Source: an uncultured Lentisphaeria bacterium (GTDB lineage Bacteria; Verrucomicrobiota; Lentisphaeria; Victivallales; UBA1829). Taken from it: DNA of 64,000 nucleotides. This document shows, piece by piece, positions 18,112 to 26,871 of the stretch. The DNA lies in assembly GCA_905197955.1 (NCBI GenBank), contig CAJKAR010000014.1, positions 15,465-79,464 of the forward strand. The letters are read 5' to 3'. Both the position numbers and the translations under genes were made by a program. Positions within the stretch are counted from its first letter, which is position 1; each line of letters begins with the position of its first letter. The notes below the pieces were generated by a model. It was given only the letters and a program-made list of their open reading frames with translations, was not told where the DNA came from and searched no databases.

Positions 18112-18927
18112 TTATTTGAATTGCAATGAATTTTGTTTGAGAAACTCGAACGCGAGCCGGATTCCCGTCATGCGGGGAAGATCATTGGCTTCATATTCAA
18201 TATTGATCCATCCGGAGTAGCCGCTTTCTTCCACGGCACGGATCATACGGGTGTGATCGAATGCGCCTTTGCCGATCAGAGCAGGATGGTACCAGCGTCC
18301 GTCGAGTCCCCGCCAGAATCCGGGGGCTTCCGAGTCGCGGACCTGGAAGTCCTTGAAATGCATGTGGATAATAAAACGGAAGGTCTTGTGGAACGATTCC
18401 ACAGGATCTTCGCCGGTGAAGGCGTTGCCTGCATCAAAGGTCAGGCGCAGAGAGGGAATCTGCCGCTGAAACAGAAAAAAATCCTCTGCGGTAACGACTG
18501 GACTCAGTTCTCCCGGAAAATTTTCGACAGTCAGAATCAGATTTCTGGGAGCGCATTCCTCTGCTGCGCATCCAAGCACCTCCAGCCAGCGTTTCTGAAT
18601 TTCTCTGCGGTCCAGCAGTCCGGGAATCGGCATGGTCGGGACAAGAATCTTGTCCGCGCCGACTCCGACTGCACGATCCAGTTCCCATTTCAGTTCGTCA
18701 AATCCGCCGTTTTCCTTTCTGGAAAGTTTCGTCAGGAACGGAATGTAGCAGACAACTTTCAGTCCGGCATCTTCGGAAATTTTTTTCAGAAATTCCGGGG
18801 AGTCTCCGCGGAATGCCGCACTGGTCCAGTCGATGCCCTTCAGCCCGAGTTCCGCGGCTTCCTTCACAACCTGTTCTGCTGTCAGACTCTCCGAAAGGCA
18901 GAGACTCATCATGGAAAATTTCAACAT
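18112..18927 (-). CDS. Sugar phosphate isomerase/epimerase (xylose isomerase-like TIM barrel)
   Basis: 271 aa; overall pattern ...AAELGLKGIDW..., ...LILTVENFPG..., ...HMHFKD... and ...GWINIEYE is typical of the AP_endonuc_2 / IolE-like family. Confidence 0.7.
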   Translation of the reverse strand: MLKFSMMSLCLSESLTAEQVVKEAAELGLKGIDWTSAAFRGDSPEFLKKISEDAGLKVVCYIPFLTKLSRKENGGFDELKWELDRAVGVGADKILVPTMPIPGLLDRREIQKRWLEVLGCAAEECAPRNLILTVENFPGELSPVVTAEDFFLFQRQIPSLRLTFDAGNAFTGEDPVESFHKTFRFIIHMHFKDFQVRDSEAPGFWRGLDGRWYHPALIGKGAFDHTRMIRAVEESGYSGWINIEYEANDLPRMTGIRLAFEFLKQNSLQFK

Positions 18928-19004
18928 GGAAAATTACCTTTTTCTTTTTTCTTATATACCATTCTGCAACTTAAAAAGTGTATATCATTTCTGACGGCTT
19001 CCGA

Positions 19005-20120
19005 TTACAGCGGTTCCGTTCTGCTGCGGAAGATCAATTCCGATCTCGTATGATAAACGGGAAAGCGGGCAGCAGGATTTTTCAGAAGTTCAGCCATCAT
19101 TTCCGCAGCTTTATCACCGATTTCCTGGAACGGATAGCGGAGGGCATAGCCATGAAATTTTCCGGATTTGATGATATGCTGTTCTTCTGCGAAAAGACGA
19201 CAGCGGTCGATGATATCAATCCGATATTTTTTTGCCAGTTCCAGCATGACGAAAACATATTCGCCATTGCAATAGAATACATCGGGAATTTCTCCGGCGG
19301 CGAATTTTTTTTCCAGCTCTTCCGTGCAGTTCTGAACCGAGGTGAAAATCTCCAGCTTCATATCTGCTTCCGGGTGATGTGCAATATAATCTTCTATTCC
19401 GGCGACCCGTTGAAGGGTCCAGATATCTTCATTTGTCGGTGCATAAAAGATCAGGCGGCGCTTTTCCTCTGCTGCCAGTTTTGCAATTTTACAACCACTC
19501 TCAAAAAATGAATAGTCAATCGAGGGAATGTCCGGTTCACTGCATTTTACAGCGACCGTGGGGAAACCGTTATTCTGAAGTTTCCGGATGATCCCGTAAT
19601 AATCTTTGTGCGGGTGGATCCAGATCAGGCCGGAGAGATTTTGGGAGATCAGTTCTTCCAGCATATTCTCTTCGGAAGCGGTCAGCAAGGTTACGAATCG
19701 GGGGCGGGCTACATCCGGAGAAAGAGCCATTCCGCACCAGCCCTGCACCGCCCAGTCAATCGCATCATAGACCAGCAGTTTACCATCGGCCACCAGAATG
19801 CCAACCACCTTATGGCTGATCGCTCCGGGAATGAAGTGGACCTTGTCCGGATTCGTATAGGTTCCGGAGCCGCGTCTGCCGATCAGATAACCTTCTCGGA
19901 TCAGTTTCTGAAGTTCCAGCGTTACTGTCGAGGGCGATAGATGAAAGCGCGTCGCCAGTTCCCGCGCAGAGGGAATCTTCACAGAGATGTCCGGTGTCTG
20001 ATACAGTTTGTTGATAATCTCAAAACGAATCTTCAAACCGGCAGGAACAAAGGTGCCTCCTGTATTTTTATGTCGCCCCATTTTACACTCACTTTTTGGG
20101 TTTATCGTATAACTTATCAC
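19005..20120 (-). CDS. Transcriptional regulator, GntR-type winged HTH fused to a LacI/PBP-type sugar-binding domain
   Basis: IPSARELATRFHLSPSTVTLELQKLIREGYLIGRRGSGTYT is a GntR HTH, followed by a periplasmic-binding-protein-like fold. The start may be ATG 20120 (near-leaderless, see promoter) or ATG 20081. Confidence 0.75.
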   Translation of the reverse strand: MISYTINPKSECKMGRHKNTGGTFVPAGLKIRFEIINKLYQTPDISVKIPSARELATRFHLSPSTVTLELQKLIREGYLIGRRGSGTYTNPDKVHFIPGAISHKVVGILVADGKLLVYDAIDWAVQGWCGMALSPDVARPRFVTLLTASEENMLEELISQNLSGLIWIHPHKDYYGIIRKLQNNGFPTVAVKCSEPDIPSIDYSFFESGCKIAKLAAEEKRRLIFYAPTNEDIWTLQRVAGIEDYIAHHPEADMKLEIFTSVQNCTEELEKKFAAGEIPDVFYCNGEYVFVMLELAKKYRIDIIDRCRLFAEEQHIIKSGKFHGYALRYPFQEIGDKAAEMMAELLKNPAARFPVYHTRSELIFRSRTEPL

Positions 20121-20129
20121 ACAACTTTA

Positions 20130-20158
20130 ATTATACTATAAAACCTTTCTATTGTCAA
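20130..20158 (-). promoter_or_regulatory. Consensus sigma70 promoter (TTGACA-17-TATAAT)
   Basis: The minus strand reads TTGACA (20158-20153), a 17-nt spacer, then TATAAT (20135-20130). Only 9 nt separate the -10 from ATG 20120. Confidence 0.6.
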
Positions 20159-20203
20159 GAGGCAAAATGTTTGATCTTTATTTTTTTTTGATTTGGAGAT
20201 TAC

Positions 20204-20237
20204 AAAAAAACTTGCTTCTCCGTGAGAGAGGAGCAAG
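20204..20237 (-). terminator. Rho-independent terminator after the DUF362 gene
   Basis: The minus strand reads CTTGCTCCTCT-CTCAC-GGAGAAGCAAG (one mismatch) followed by TTTTTTT. Confidence 0.7.
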
Positions 20238-20293
20238 GGATGGAATGTGGAAAAGTTGTTGGAACAGTCGTTTTGAGTGTTTCTGAATGTTGG

Positions 20294-21274
20294 TCAGACA
20301 CTAATACGGATCAGCTGGTATTGTCTGGATCCGATTCCGAGTTTTGCTGCGGTATCAATGACTCGGGTTCCGCCGCGGGTTGTGACTCGTTCCAGAAAAT
20401 GATCGCGACCGGGATCTTTGGACTGGCGGATCAGATCCATGCAGGCCTGATCAAGGGCGACTGGATCGGTCGAAGAGAGAATTCCGATATCTTTCATGCA
20501 GGGATTTTCCGCCACAGCACAGCAGTCGCAATCCACGGAAAGATTGCACATCATGTTGACAAATGCAATCCGGCCTCTGAAGTAGGAGAGGATGGTTCCG
20601 GCGGCTTCCGCCATGGCGTCGCCGAATACTTCAGGAGTTGCCATGTGCTTCCAGCACTCTGCCTGATCCCCGGAGACTCCGCCGGAATGAATCAGCGCTT
20701 TGCCGCGAGTGGATGCGCAGCCGATGGAGAGCTGTTTCAGTGCTCCTCCGTAACCGGCAACCGGATGCCCTTTGAAATGGGAAAGCACCAGCATGGAACG
20801 ATAGTTCGCCATATTTTTCCCGACGTAATTCCGTTTCAGAATTTTTCCTTTGGGAATTGGCAGAACCAGATCCGGTCCTTCGGCATCCATCAGATCGACT
20901 TTGAAGTATTTTGTCCAGCCGTGTTCGGCAATGAGCTTCCGATGTTTTTCGGTGGAGTTTCTTGCTCCTTCGTAAGCGGTGTTGCATTCCACGACAGTTC
21001 CCTTGACCGCTTCGATCATCGGGCGCAGAAATTCAGGTCGCAGATAGTTCTGGTTCCCCTTTTCTCCGGAATGTACTTTGACGGCAACGTTTCCCGGGAG
21101 GGCTGTTCCCAGAGCATGATACATGCGGATGACACTTTCCGGAGAGATTTCCGGCGTAAAATAGACGGTCGCCGGAGAGAGCGCTTTTTTTTCCTCTGCT
21201 CTCATCAGAAATCCGGCCATGGGTGTCAATGCGGCCAGCGTCAGGGCGCTCTTTAAAAATTCACGTCTGTTCAT
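20294..21274 (-). CDS. DUF362-domain protein with twin-arginine signal
   Basis: MNRREFLKSALTLAALTP is a Tat-type N-terminus. LVLSHFKGHPVAGYGGALKQLSIGCAS and ...LSSTDPVALDQACMDLI resemble DUF362. Confidence 0.65.
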   Translation of the reverse strand: MNRREFLKSALTLAALTPMAGFLMRAEEKKALSPATVYFTPEISPESVIRMYHALGTALPGNVAVKVHSGEKGNQNYLRPEFLRPMIEAVKGTVVECNTAYEGARNSTEKHRKLIAEHGWTKYFKVDLMDAEGPDLVLPIPKGKILKRNYVGKNMANYRSMLVLSHFKGHPVAGYGGALKQLSIGCASTRGKALIHSGGVSGDQAECWKHMATPEVFGDAMAEAAGTILSYFRGRIAFVNMMCNLSVDCDCCAVAENPCMKDIGILSSTDPVALDQACMDLIRQSKDPGRDHFLERVTTRGGTRVIDTAAKLGIGSRQYQLIRISV

Positions 21275-21616
21275 AAGAGATCCTCCAAAAATATGGTTTC
21301 TGCATTGAACTCTCGTCAGGCATGTTTTCCGTAGGGATACCGCATACTTCTGCTCTCTTTTCCCGGAAAACGTTTCTTTTTCTTCTTTCAGAATAGCTGT
21401 TTTCAGAAAAATAGCAAATACTTATTTTCTATACCTTGGGATTACAAAAAAGCATACCACGGGAAAATGAGGAAAGGGACTTGCATAAAAGGGCGACAAC
21501 TTCTGCAAAGGACCCGCAATTCCGGAAAAGGAGAGAGCTTTCCGCTTTCTCGGGAACTTTCAGCAAAATGGTATTCGAATGCTTTGCAGGCATTGATTCT
21601 TATAATAAATAAGTAT

Positions 21617-21645
21617 TTGTTATTTGTTTAGGAAAAGAATATAAT
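21617..21645 (+). promoter_or_regulatory. Candidate sigma70 promoter upstream of 21795
   Basis: TTGTTA, 17 nt, TATAAT, about 150 nt upstream of the ATG. Confidence 0.3.
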
Positions 21646-21794
21646 AAATTCAGAAAAAGCAGCTGGGATTCCGTTTCGTAGGTGTTGCTCCGGGCGGAAG
21701 TGGTGTTTCAGCAGAGAGAGTTTCCGGATTTTGCGGGTGTTGTTCCGCCAGTTGTCCGGGAGTGTAGCCGAAAATGGAAAAATGAGGTAAACAA

Positions 21795-23102
21795 ATGAGA
21801 ATCATCAGAAAAACAAGTTTGTATTGTCTGTGGATGCTGCTTGGATTTTTGCCGATTGCGGGAAGGGGACTTTCTGCAGAGTCATCGGCATTTCTTTCCG
21901 CAAGACCGGCCGGAGCTCAGGAGGAAATGACACGAGCAGTTCGCCGTGCACTTGAGGGGAACTTTGAGGCTCTGAACCGTGTTCGTGAATCTCTGCTTCA
22001 GGATGTGGAACCGCCTGCCGGAATCCGGGTGGAGAATACCATGTCGGCGAATCGGAAGATCCGGTTTTACTATCCCGGCGCCAAACCGGGGCAGAGTGTG
22101 GTACTTTATCTGCATGGAGGGGGATGGACCATCGGAGGGCTTGAGGGGAGTGCGAAGTTCTGCGGAGAACTGGCAAAGGCAAGCGGACTGGATGTGGCGA
22201 CATTGGACTATCGGCTGGCTCCGGAGAATCGGGCGATGGCTGCTCTGGAGGATGTTCTTGCTTCGGTTCATCTGCTTCAGAAGCGCGGATACCGGCGGAT
22301 TTATCTGGCCGGAGACAGCGCGGGGGGCAATCTCGCCGCCTGTGCTGCATGGAAACTGCGATCCCGTATTTCGGGAATCATTCTTTACTATCCGGTTGTG
22401 CTGGCGAAGAGCGGTCATTCGGAGTCGTGGCAAAAGTATGGAAATGGATTCGGACTGGATGGAGCGTTGATGGAAGCATTCAATGAATCTTATGCGCCGG
22501 GGAATCTTGCGGATCATCCGCTTGTCTCTCCTCTGCTTGGTTCAGAATTTTCCGGTTATCCGGAGACTCTGATCGTGGCGGCGGAATGCGACATCCTTTA
22601 CGATCAGGGAAAAACGTTTGCGGAATTACTGAAAAAACACGGTATTTCTGTGATCCATCAGACGATTCCCGGAACGCTGCATGCCTTTATGACCTATCCC
22701 GGAATGGCAGACGCTTATCGTGCAGGATTTCGTCTTGCGGTGAATTTCCTAAACAGAAAGGAGAGTACAATGAAAAAGAATATGATTACGCCGGAAAGCA
22801 TCATTCGGATTTCTCGGATTGAGGTCAAACCGGAACGTTTGATGGAATATCTTGCGCTTGTCCGTGAGTGCGGACGCAAGTCCATGGCAAAGGAGACGGG
22901 CGTTTATCTGATGTATTCCATGCAGGAAAAAATGCATCCGGAGCGGATCTCCATTCTGGAAATCTACGCAGATCGTGATGCCTATGAGCGGCATATTCAG
23001 ATGGATCACTTTCAAACGTATAAGCGGAACTCCCTGGATATGATCCGGAAACTGGAACTGCTGGATCAGAATCCGCTCGTTCCTGAGATGAAGATGAAAT
23101 AA
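21795..23102 (+). CDS. Fusion protein: alpha/beta-hydrolase esterase (HSL-type) + C-terminal ABM (antibiotic biosynthesis monooxygenase-like) domain
   Basis: Signal-like N-terminus; oxyanion motif LHGGGWTIGG; nucleophile elbow GDSAGGN. The last 110 aa (ISRIEVKPERL...ILEIYADRDAYERHIQMDHFQ) look like an ABM ferredoxin-like fold. An in-frame AAGGAGAG + ATG sits at the junction (22770). Confidence 0.7.
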   Translation: MRIIRKTSLYCLWMLLGFLPIAGRGLSAESSAFLSARPAGAQEEMTRAVRRALEGNFEALNRVRESLLQDVEPPAGIRVENTMSANRKIRFYYPGAKPGQSVVLYLHGGGWTIGGLEGSAKFCGELAKASGLDVATLDYRLAPENRAMAALEDVLASVHLLQKRGYRRIYLAGDSAGGNLAACAAWKLRSRISGIILYYPVVLAKSGHSESWQKYGNGFGLDGALMEAFNESYAPGNLADHPLVSPLLGSEFSGYPETLIVAAECDILYDQGKTFAELLKKHGISVIHQTIPGTLHAFMTYPGMADAYRAGFRLAVNFLNRKESTMKKNMITPESIIRISRIEVKPERLMEYLALVRECGRKSMAKETGVYLMYSMQEKMHPERISILEIYADRDAYERHIQMDHFQTYKRNSLDMIRKLELLDQNPLVPEMKMK

Positions 23103-23127
23103 AATCAGAAAAAGAAGGAGGAAGCCC

Positions 23128-23604
23128 ATGGTCAGGAAACATTTTTTATTTTTGCTGTTTTCATGGCTGCTGTTTGTCATGAATGCCTGTGGAAATGCGG
23201 AATCATCCGATCATGCTGAAACGGAGGAGAAAAAAACAATGGCTCAGAAGATTCAAATTCAACTGGATGGACGTGTGTTCAATGCTGTGTTGTATGAAAA
23301 TGCCTCGGCAAAGGATTTCCTTGCACAGCTGCCGCTGACGTTGACATTAAGTGATTTCAACGGAACGGAAAAGATTGCGGATCTGCCGAAAAGAATTTCA
23401 GAGGAGGGCGCTCCGGCTGGATTCAAGCCCGAAGCTGGAGATATCGCCTATTATGCTCCATGGGGAAATCTCGCGATTTTTTATCGGGATTTCCGCTATT
23501 CGGAAAGACTGATCCGGATTGGAAAAATAGAAGGCGACGGCTTGAAATTCCTGCGGAATTGTGACAATCGGAAGATCGAGATCCGTCCAGTGGATTCCCA
23601 TTGA
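23128..23604 (+). CDS. Cyclophilin-like superfamily lipoprotein
   Basis: Lipobox-like LLFVMNACG. ...FNAVLYENASAKDFLAQLPLTLTLSDFNGTEKIADLP...GDIAYYAPWGNLAIFY matches the cyclophilin-like (PF18050-type) pattern as I remember it. Confidence 0.6.
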   Translation: MVRKHFLFLLFSWLLFVMNACGNAESSDHAETEEKKTMAQKIQIQLDGRVFNAVLYENASAKDFLAQLPLTLTLSDFNGTEKIADLPKRISEEGAPAGFKPEAGDIAYYAPWGNLAIFYRDFRYSERLIRIGKIEGDGLKFLRNCDNRKIEIRPVDSH

Positions 23605-23616
23605 TAGGTAAGACGC

Positions 23617-24273
23617 ATGAACAGGCGTGATTTTCTGAAAACATCGCTGACGGTCGCCGGAGGACTCGCCTGCCGGACTCTTCTGGCCGGCCCTCTGATT
23701 CAGAATGGTGTCACAGCAAAAATGGGAGGTAAAAAAGATAAAATGAAGATTCTTGTGATTACGGGCAGTCCCCGGAAAAATGGAAATTCCACCACGCTTG
23801 CCGAACATTTTATTCGGGGTGCAAAGGAAAACGGTCATGAGATTGTCCGTTTTGATGCGGCATTTCAAACGGTTCATCCCTGTATTGCATGCAATAAATG
23901 TTCCATGAATGGTGAGTGCGTGTTTCAAGATGATTTTGAATTTGTGCGCAGGCATATTCTGGACGCGGGTATGGTGGTGTTTGCCACGCCGATGTATTAT
24001 TTCGGCATGTCTGCGCAGATAAAAACGGTGATTGATCGCTTTTACGCGATCAATGGCTCCATTCATGTTCCGAAGAAATCGGCTTTGATTATGACTTATG
24101 CCGACAACAGTTTGCGCAAGGAGAAGGTGATCCGCGATCATTACAAGGTTCTGGTGGATTATCTTGGCTGGACCGATGTCGGCCAGATTGTTGCACCGGG
24201 CGTCTGGCCGGCGGGAGCCGTCAACCGGACGGAATTCCCGGAGCAGGCCTATCGCCTGGGAAGGAGTCTGTGA
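23617..24273 (+). CDS. Flavodoxin-like fold NAD(P)H-dependent FMN reductase / iron-sulfur flavoprotein-like, with Tat-type N-terminal extension
   Basis: MNRRDFLKTSLTVAGG is followed by MKILVITGSPRKNGNSTTL..., the usual start of cytoplasmic homologues. A CIACNKC motif is present. Confidence 0.65.
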   Translation: MNRRDFLKTSLTVAGGLACRTLLAGPLIQNGVTAKMGGKKDKMKILVITGSPRKNGNSTTLAEHFIRGAKENGHEIVRFDAAFQTVHPCIACNKCSMNGECVFQDDFEFVRRHILDAGMVVFATPMYYFGMSAQIKTVIDRFYAINGSIHVPKKSALIMTYADNSLRKEKVIRDHYKVLVDYLGWTDVGQIVAPGVWPAGAVNRTEFPEQAYRLGRSL

Positions 24274-24277
24274 GCGG

Positions 24278-25255
24278 ATGGACAGACGGAATTTTATCAG
24301 GACTCTTGGGGTTGCGGGTGGCGCCGTTCTGATCGGGCATTCCAGTGGATGTTCCTCTCCGGCATCCGCAGAGAACCGCTCTGCCGGTCCGGTGCCGGAT
24401 CCTCTGCTTTCCGGCGTATGCGATATCCATATTCATTGTCTGCCGGATACCCGTCCGCGCTGCGTGGATGAGCTGACTCTGGCAAAGCAGGCGAAAGAAG
24501 CTGGATATCGTGCTCTTCTGTACAAATCGAATGACTGGAGCTGCCATGACCGCGCGTTTCTGATCCGTCAGGCGGTTCCGGATTTTGAAGTGTTCGGCAG
24601 TCTCTGCATGAATCGTGTTCATGGAGAGAAGGTCAATGTCTATGCGGCGGAGCAGGCGTTGAAGACATCCGGGGGGCTTTGCCGGTGTATCTGGATGCCG
24701 ACTTTATCGGCGGTCTGGCAGCACCGCTGCGATCGGCTTCCCGGACCGGGAATTCCTGTGCTGGATGAGCGCGGAAATGTCCTGCCGGAAGTCATCCGGG
24801 TGATGGAACTTTGCGGGGAAGCAAATATCATTTTCGCAACCGGTCACAGTTCTCCGCAGGAAAGTCTGATTCTGGCACGCAAGGCAAAGGAAATCGGCAT
24901 AAGAAAATTTGTTGTGACCCATGTGAATTCTCTGATCTGGAAACTTGGTCACGACCAGATTCTGCAGGCGGTCGATTCCGGAGCGTTTGTGGAATACTGC
25001 TATCTGCCCCGTCTCTGGGGGCCGGGGACGGGAAATCCGCAGTTTGAACGGCAGAGCCGGGAGGAGTTCCTGAATTATGTGCGGACTGTTCCGGAGCGGA
25101 GTTTTATTTCGACGGATCTCGGTCAGCAGGGAAATCCGAATCCGATTGAGGGAATGCGCACATGCATCCGGGAGTTGCAGAGTGCCGGGATTCCTCAGAA
25201 GGATATTGATCGGATGGTGCGTCATAATCCGGCATATCTGATCGGATTGAAATAG
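24278..25255 (+). CDS. Tat-signal protein, putative metal-dependent hydrolase (amidohydrolase-like TIM barrel); function tentative
   Basis: MDRRNFIRTLGVAGGAVLIGHSSGCSS. CDIHIHCLPD resembles the HxH metal-binding start of amidohydrolase/PHP-type folds. ATG 24278 is chosen over track start 24164. Confidence 0.5.
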   Translation: MDRRNFIRTLGVAGGAVLIGHSSGCSSPASAENRSAGPVPDPLLSGVCDIHIHCLPDTRPRCVDELTLAKQAKEAGYRALLYKSNDWSCHDRAFLIRQAVPDFEVFGSLCMNRVHGEKVNVYAAEQALKTSGGLCRCIWMPTLSAVWQHRCDRLPGPGIPVLDERGNVLPEVIRVMELCGEANIIFATGHSSPQESLILARKAKEIGIRKFVVTHVNSLIWKLGHDQILQAVDSGAFVEYCYLPRLWGPGTGNPQFERQSREEFLNYVRTVPERSFISTDLGQQGNPNPIEGMRTCIRELQSAGIPQKDIDRMVRHNPAYLIGLK

Positions 25256-25277
25256 GGAAAAGAGGAAGGAGACGGAA

Positions 25278-26564
25278 ATGAATCGACGTGAGTTTTTGAA
25301 ATCCGCGGCATTGGTGACCGCTGCCGGAGCTGTCCTGGGGAAAGGGAGTGTGTTGAAGGCGGCGGAAGATTCGGCGAAGAAGCCGTCCGGACCGATTTTG
25401 AACTTTCAAGAGCAGATGCGCTATCGTCCGATGGGACGGACCGGAGTGAATGTTTCCGCTCTGGGATTCGGGCTTTTGCGTCTGCCGATGCTTCCCGATG
25501 GGAAAACAGTGAACTCCGATCTGAGCGTTGCCATGATTCATCGTGCGATTGAGGGCGGAGTGAATTACATTGATACCGGACGGGTCTATCTTGGCGGACA
25601 GAGCGAAGCCGTCGCCGGGAAGGCTCTGAAAGGCGGCTGGCGCGACCGGGTTTATGTGACATCCAAATCTCCATGGTGGATTATGGAGAATCCCGGCGAT
25701 TTTGAAAAATTCTTCGACGAGTCCCGACGTGCGATCGGCACCGATGTCATTGATTTTTACCACATTCACATGATTATGCATCGGGGATGGAAGGAAAAGG
25801 TGCTTCCGTTCCGGTTGATTGATCGAATCATGAAGCTCAAGGAACAGGGAAAAATCCGTTTTACCGGATTTTCTTTTCATGACCGTCTGCAGCTTTTCAA
25901 AGAGGTTGTGGAGTCTGCTCCCTGGGATTTCTGCCTGATTCAGCACAACTATCTGGATTACGAATATGAGGCTGGCTGTCTGGGACCGAAATATGCGGCG
26001 GCCAATGGCATGGGACTTGCCGTGATGAAACCGGTGCGGACCGGTTTTCTCGCGAATCTGCCTGCTTCGATGCGTGCTGCGCTGCGTTCGACCGGAGTGG
26101 AGAAGCCGGATACGGAGTGGGCTCTGGACTATCTCTGGGATATGCCGGAAGTTAGCGTAGCTGTCAGCGGCATGGGATCCATGGCGGATGTGGAAGCCAA
26201 TTTGAGATATGCGTCGAAGGCTGAACCGAACATGCTTACCCCGGATGAGCGAAAGGCGCTCGGGGCGGCGATCCGGGCTTTCCGGGAGACTCCGGGACAT
26301 ATTGACTGTACCGGCTGTTATCAGTGTATTCCGTGTCCGCATAATGTGGCGATCGGATATATCTTTGCGTATGTCTACAACAACTATCTTGTACATAAAG
26401 ACAAGAAACGGGCGATTGCCGATTATACCGTTTCGATGTCTCCGATTCAGCGGGGAGCACCTGCCTCCGCATGTGTGAACTGCGGAGCTTGTCTTCCCAA
26501 ATGTCCGCAGAAACTTGACATTCCGCAACTGCTCAAACGGGTCAGAAATGATTTGGAAGCCTGA
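25278..26564 (+). CDS. Aldo/keto reductase with C-terminal 2x[4Fe-4S]-type Cys motifs and twin-arginine signal
   Basis: MNRREFLKSAALVTAAG; MRYRPMGRTGVNVSALGFG is the AKR start; CTGCYQCIPCP and CVNCGACLPKCP are ferredoxin-like motifs. Confidence 0.8.
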   Translation: MNRREFLKSAALVTAAGAVLGKGSVLKAAEDSAKKPSGPILNFQEQMRYRPMGRTGVNVSALGFGLLRLPMLPDGKTVNSDLSVAMIHRAIEGGVNYIDTGRVYLGGQSEAVAGKALKGGWRDRVYVTSKSPWWIMENPGDFEKFFDESRRAIGTDVIDFYHIHMIMHRGWKEKVLPFRLIDRIMKLKEQGKIRFTGFSFHDRLQLFKEVVESAPWDFCLIQHNYLDYEYEAGCLGPKYAAANGMGLAVMKPVRTGFLANLPASMRAALRSTGVEKPDTEWALDYLWDMPEVSVAVSGMGSMADVEANLRYASKAEPNMLTPDERKALGAAIRAFRETPGHIDCTGCYQCIPCPHNVAIGYIFAYVYNNYLVHKDKKRAIADYTVSMSPIQRGAPASACVNCGACLPKCPQKLDIPQLLKRVRNDLEA

Positions 26565-26677
26565 GCGTAAAACAGATTATAGGTTTTCTGGTCTTTCATC
26601 AGATTTTCCCTTCTGTTCCGGAAAAGCGATCCTGTGCAGGAACAGCGTTCCGGAGCAGAAGAGGAAAAAAACGGAAA

Positions 26678-26710
26678 GAAGGGGGGAAATTTACCCCTTC
26701 AAGGTTTTTG
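26678..26710 (+). terminator. Possible terminator after the AKR gene
   Basis: GAAGGGG-GGAAATTTA-CCCCTTC is followed by AAGGTTTTTG. Confidence 0.4.
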
Positions 26711-26871
26711 GGGATCGCTTGATTTATTTTCTGCTTTTACAGTGTTTGAGACCTGATTCCAGAAAATAGCTGAGAAGAGGAAAAATCTTCTATTTTATAA
26801 AGACCTGAAATGATTTTTTGATTTGTCATGATGCGGAATTGAATCAGGAGAATGGTTTCGCTCTGGAATAG

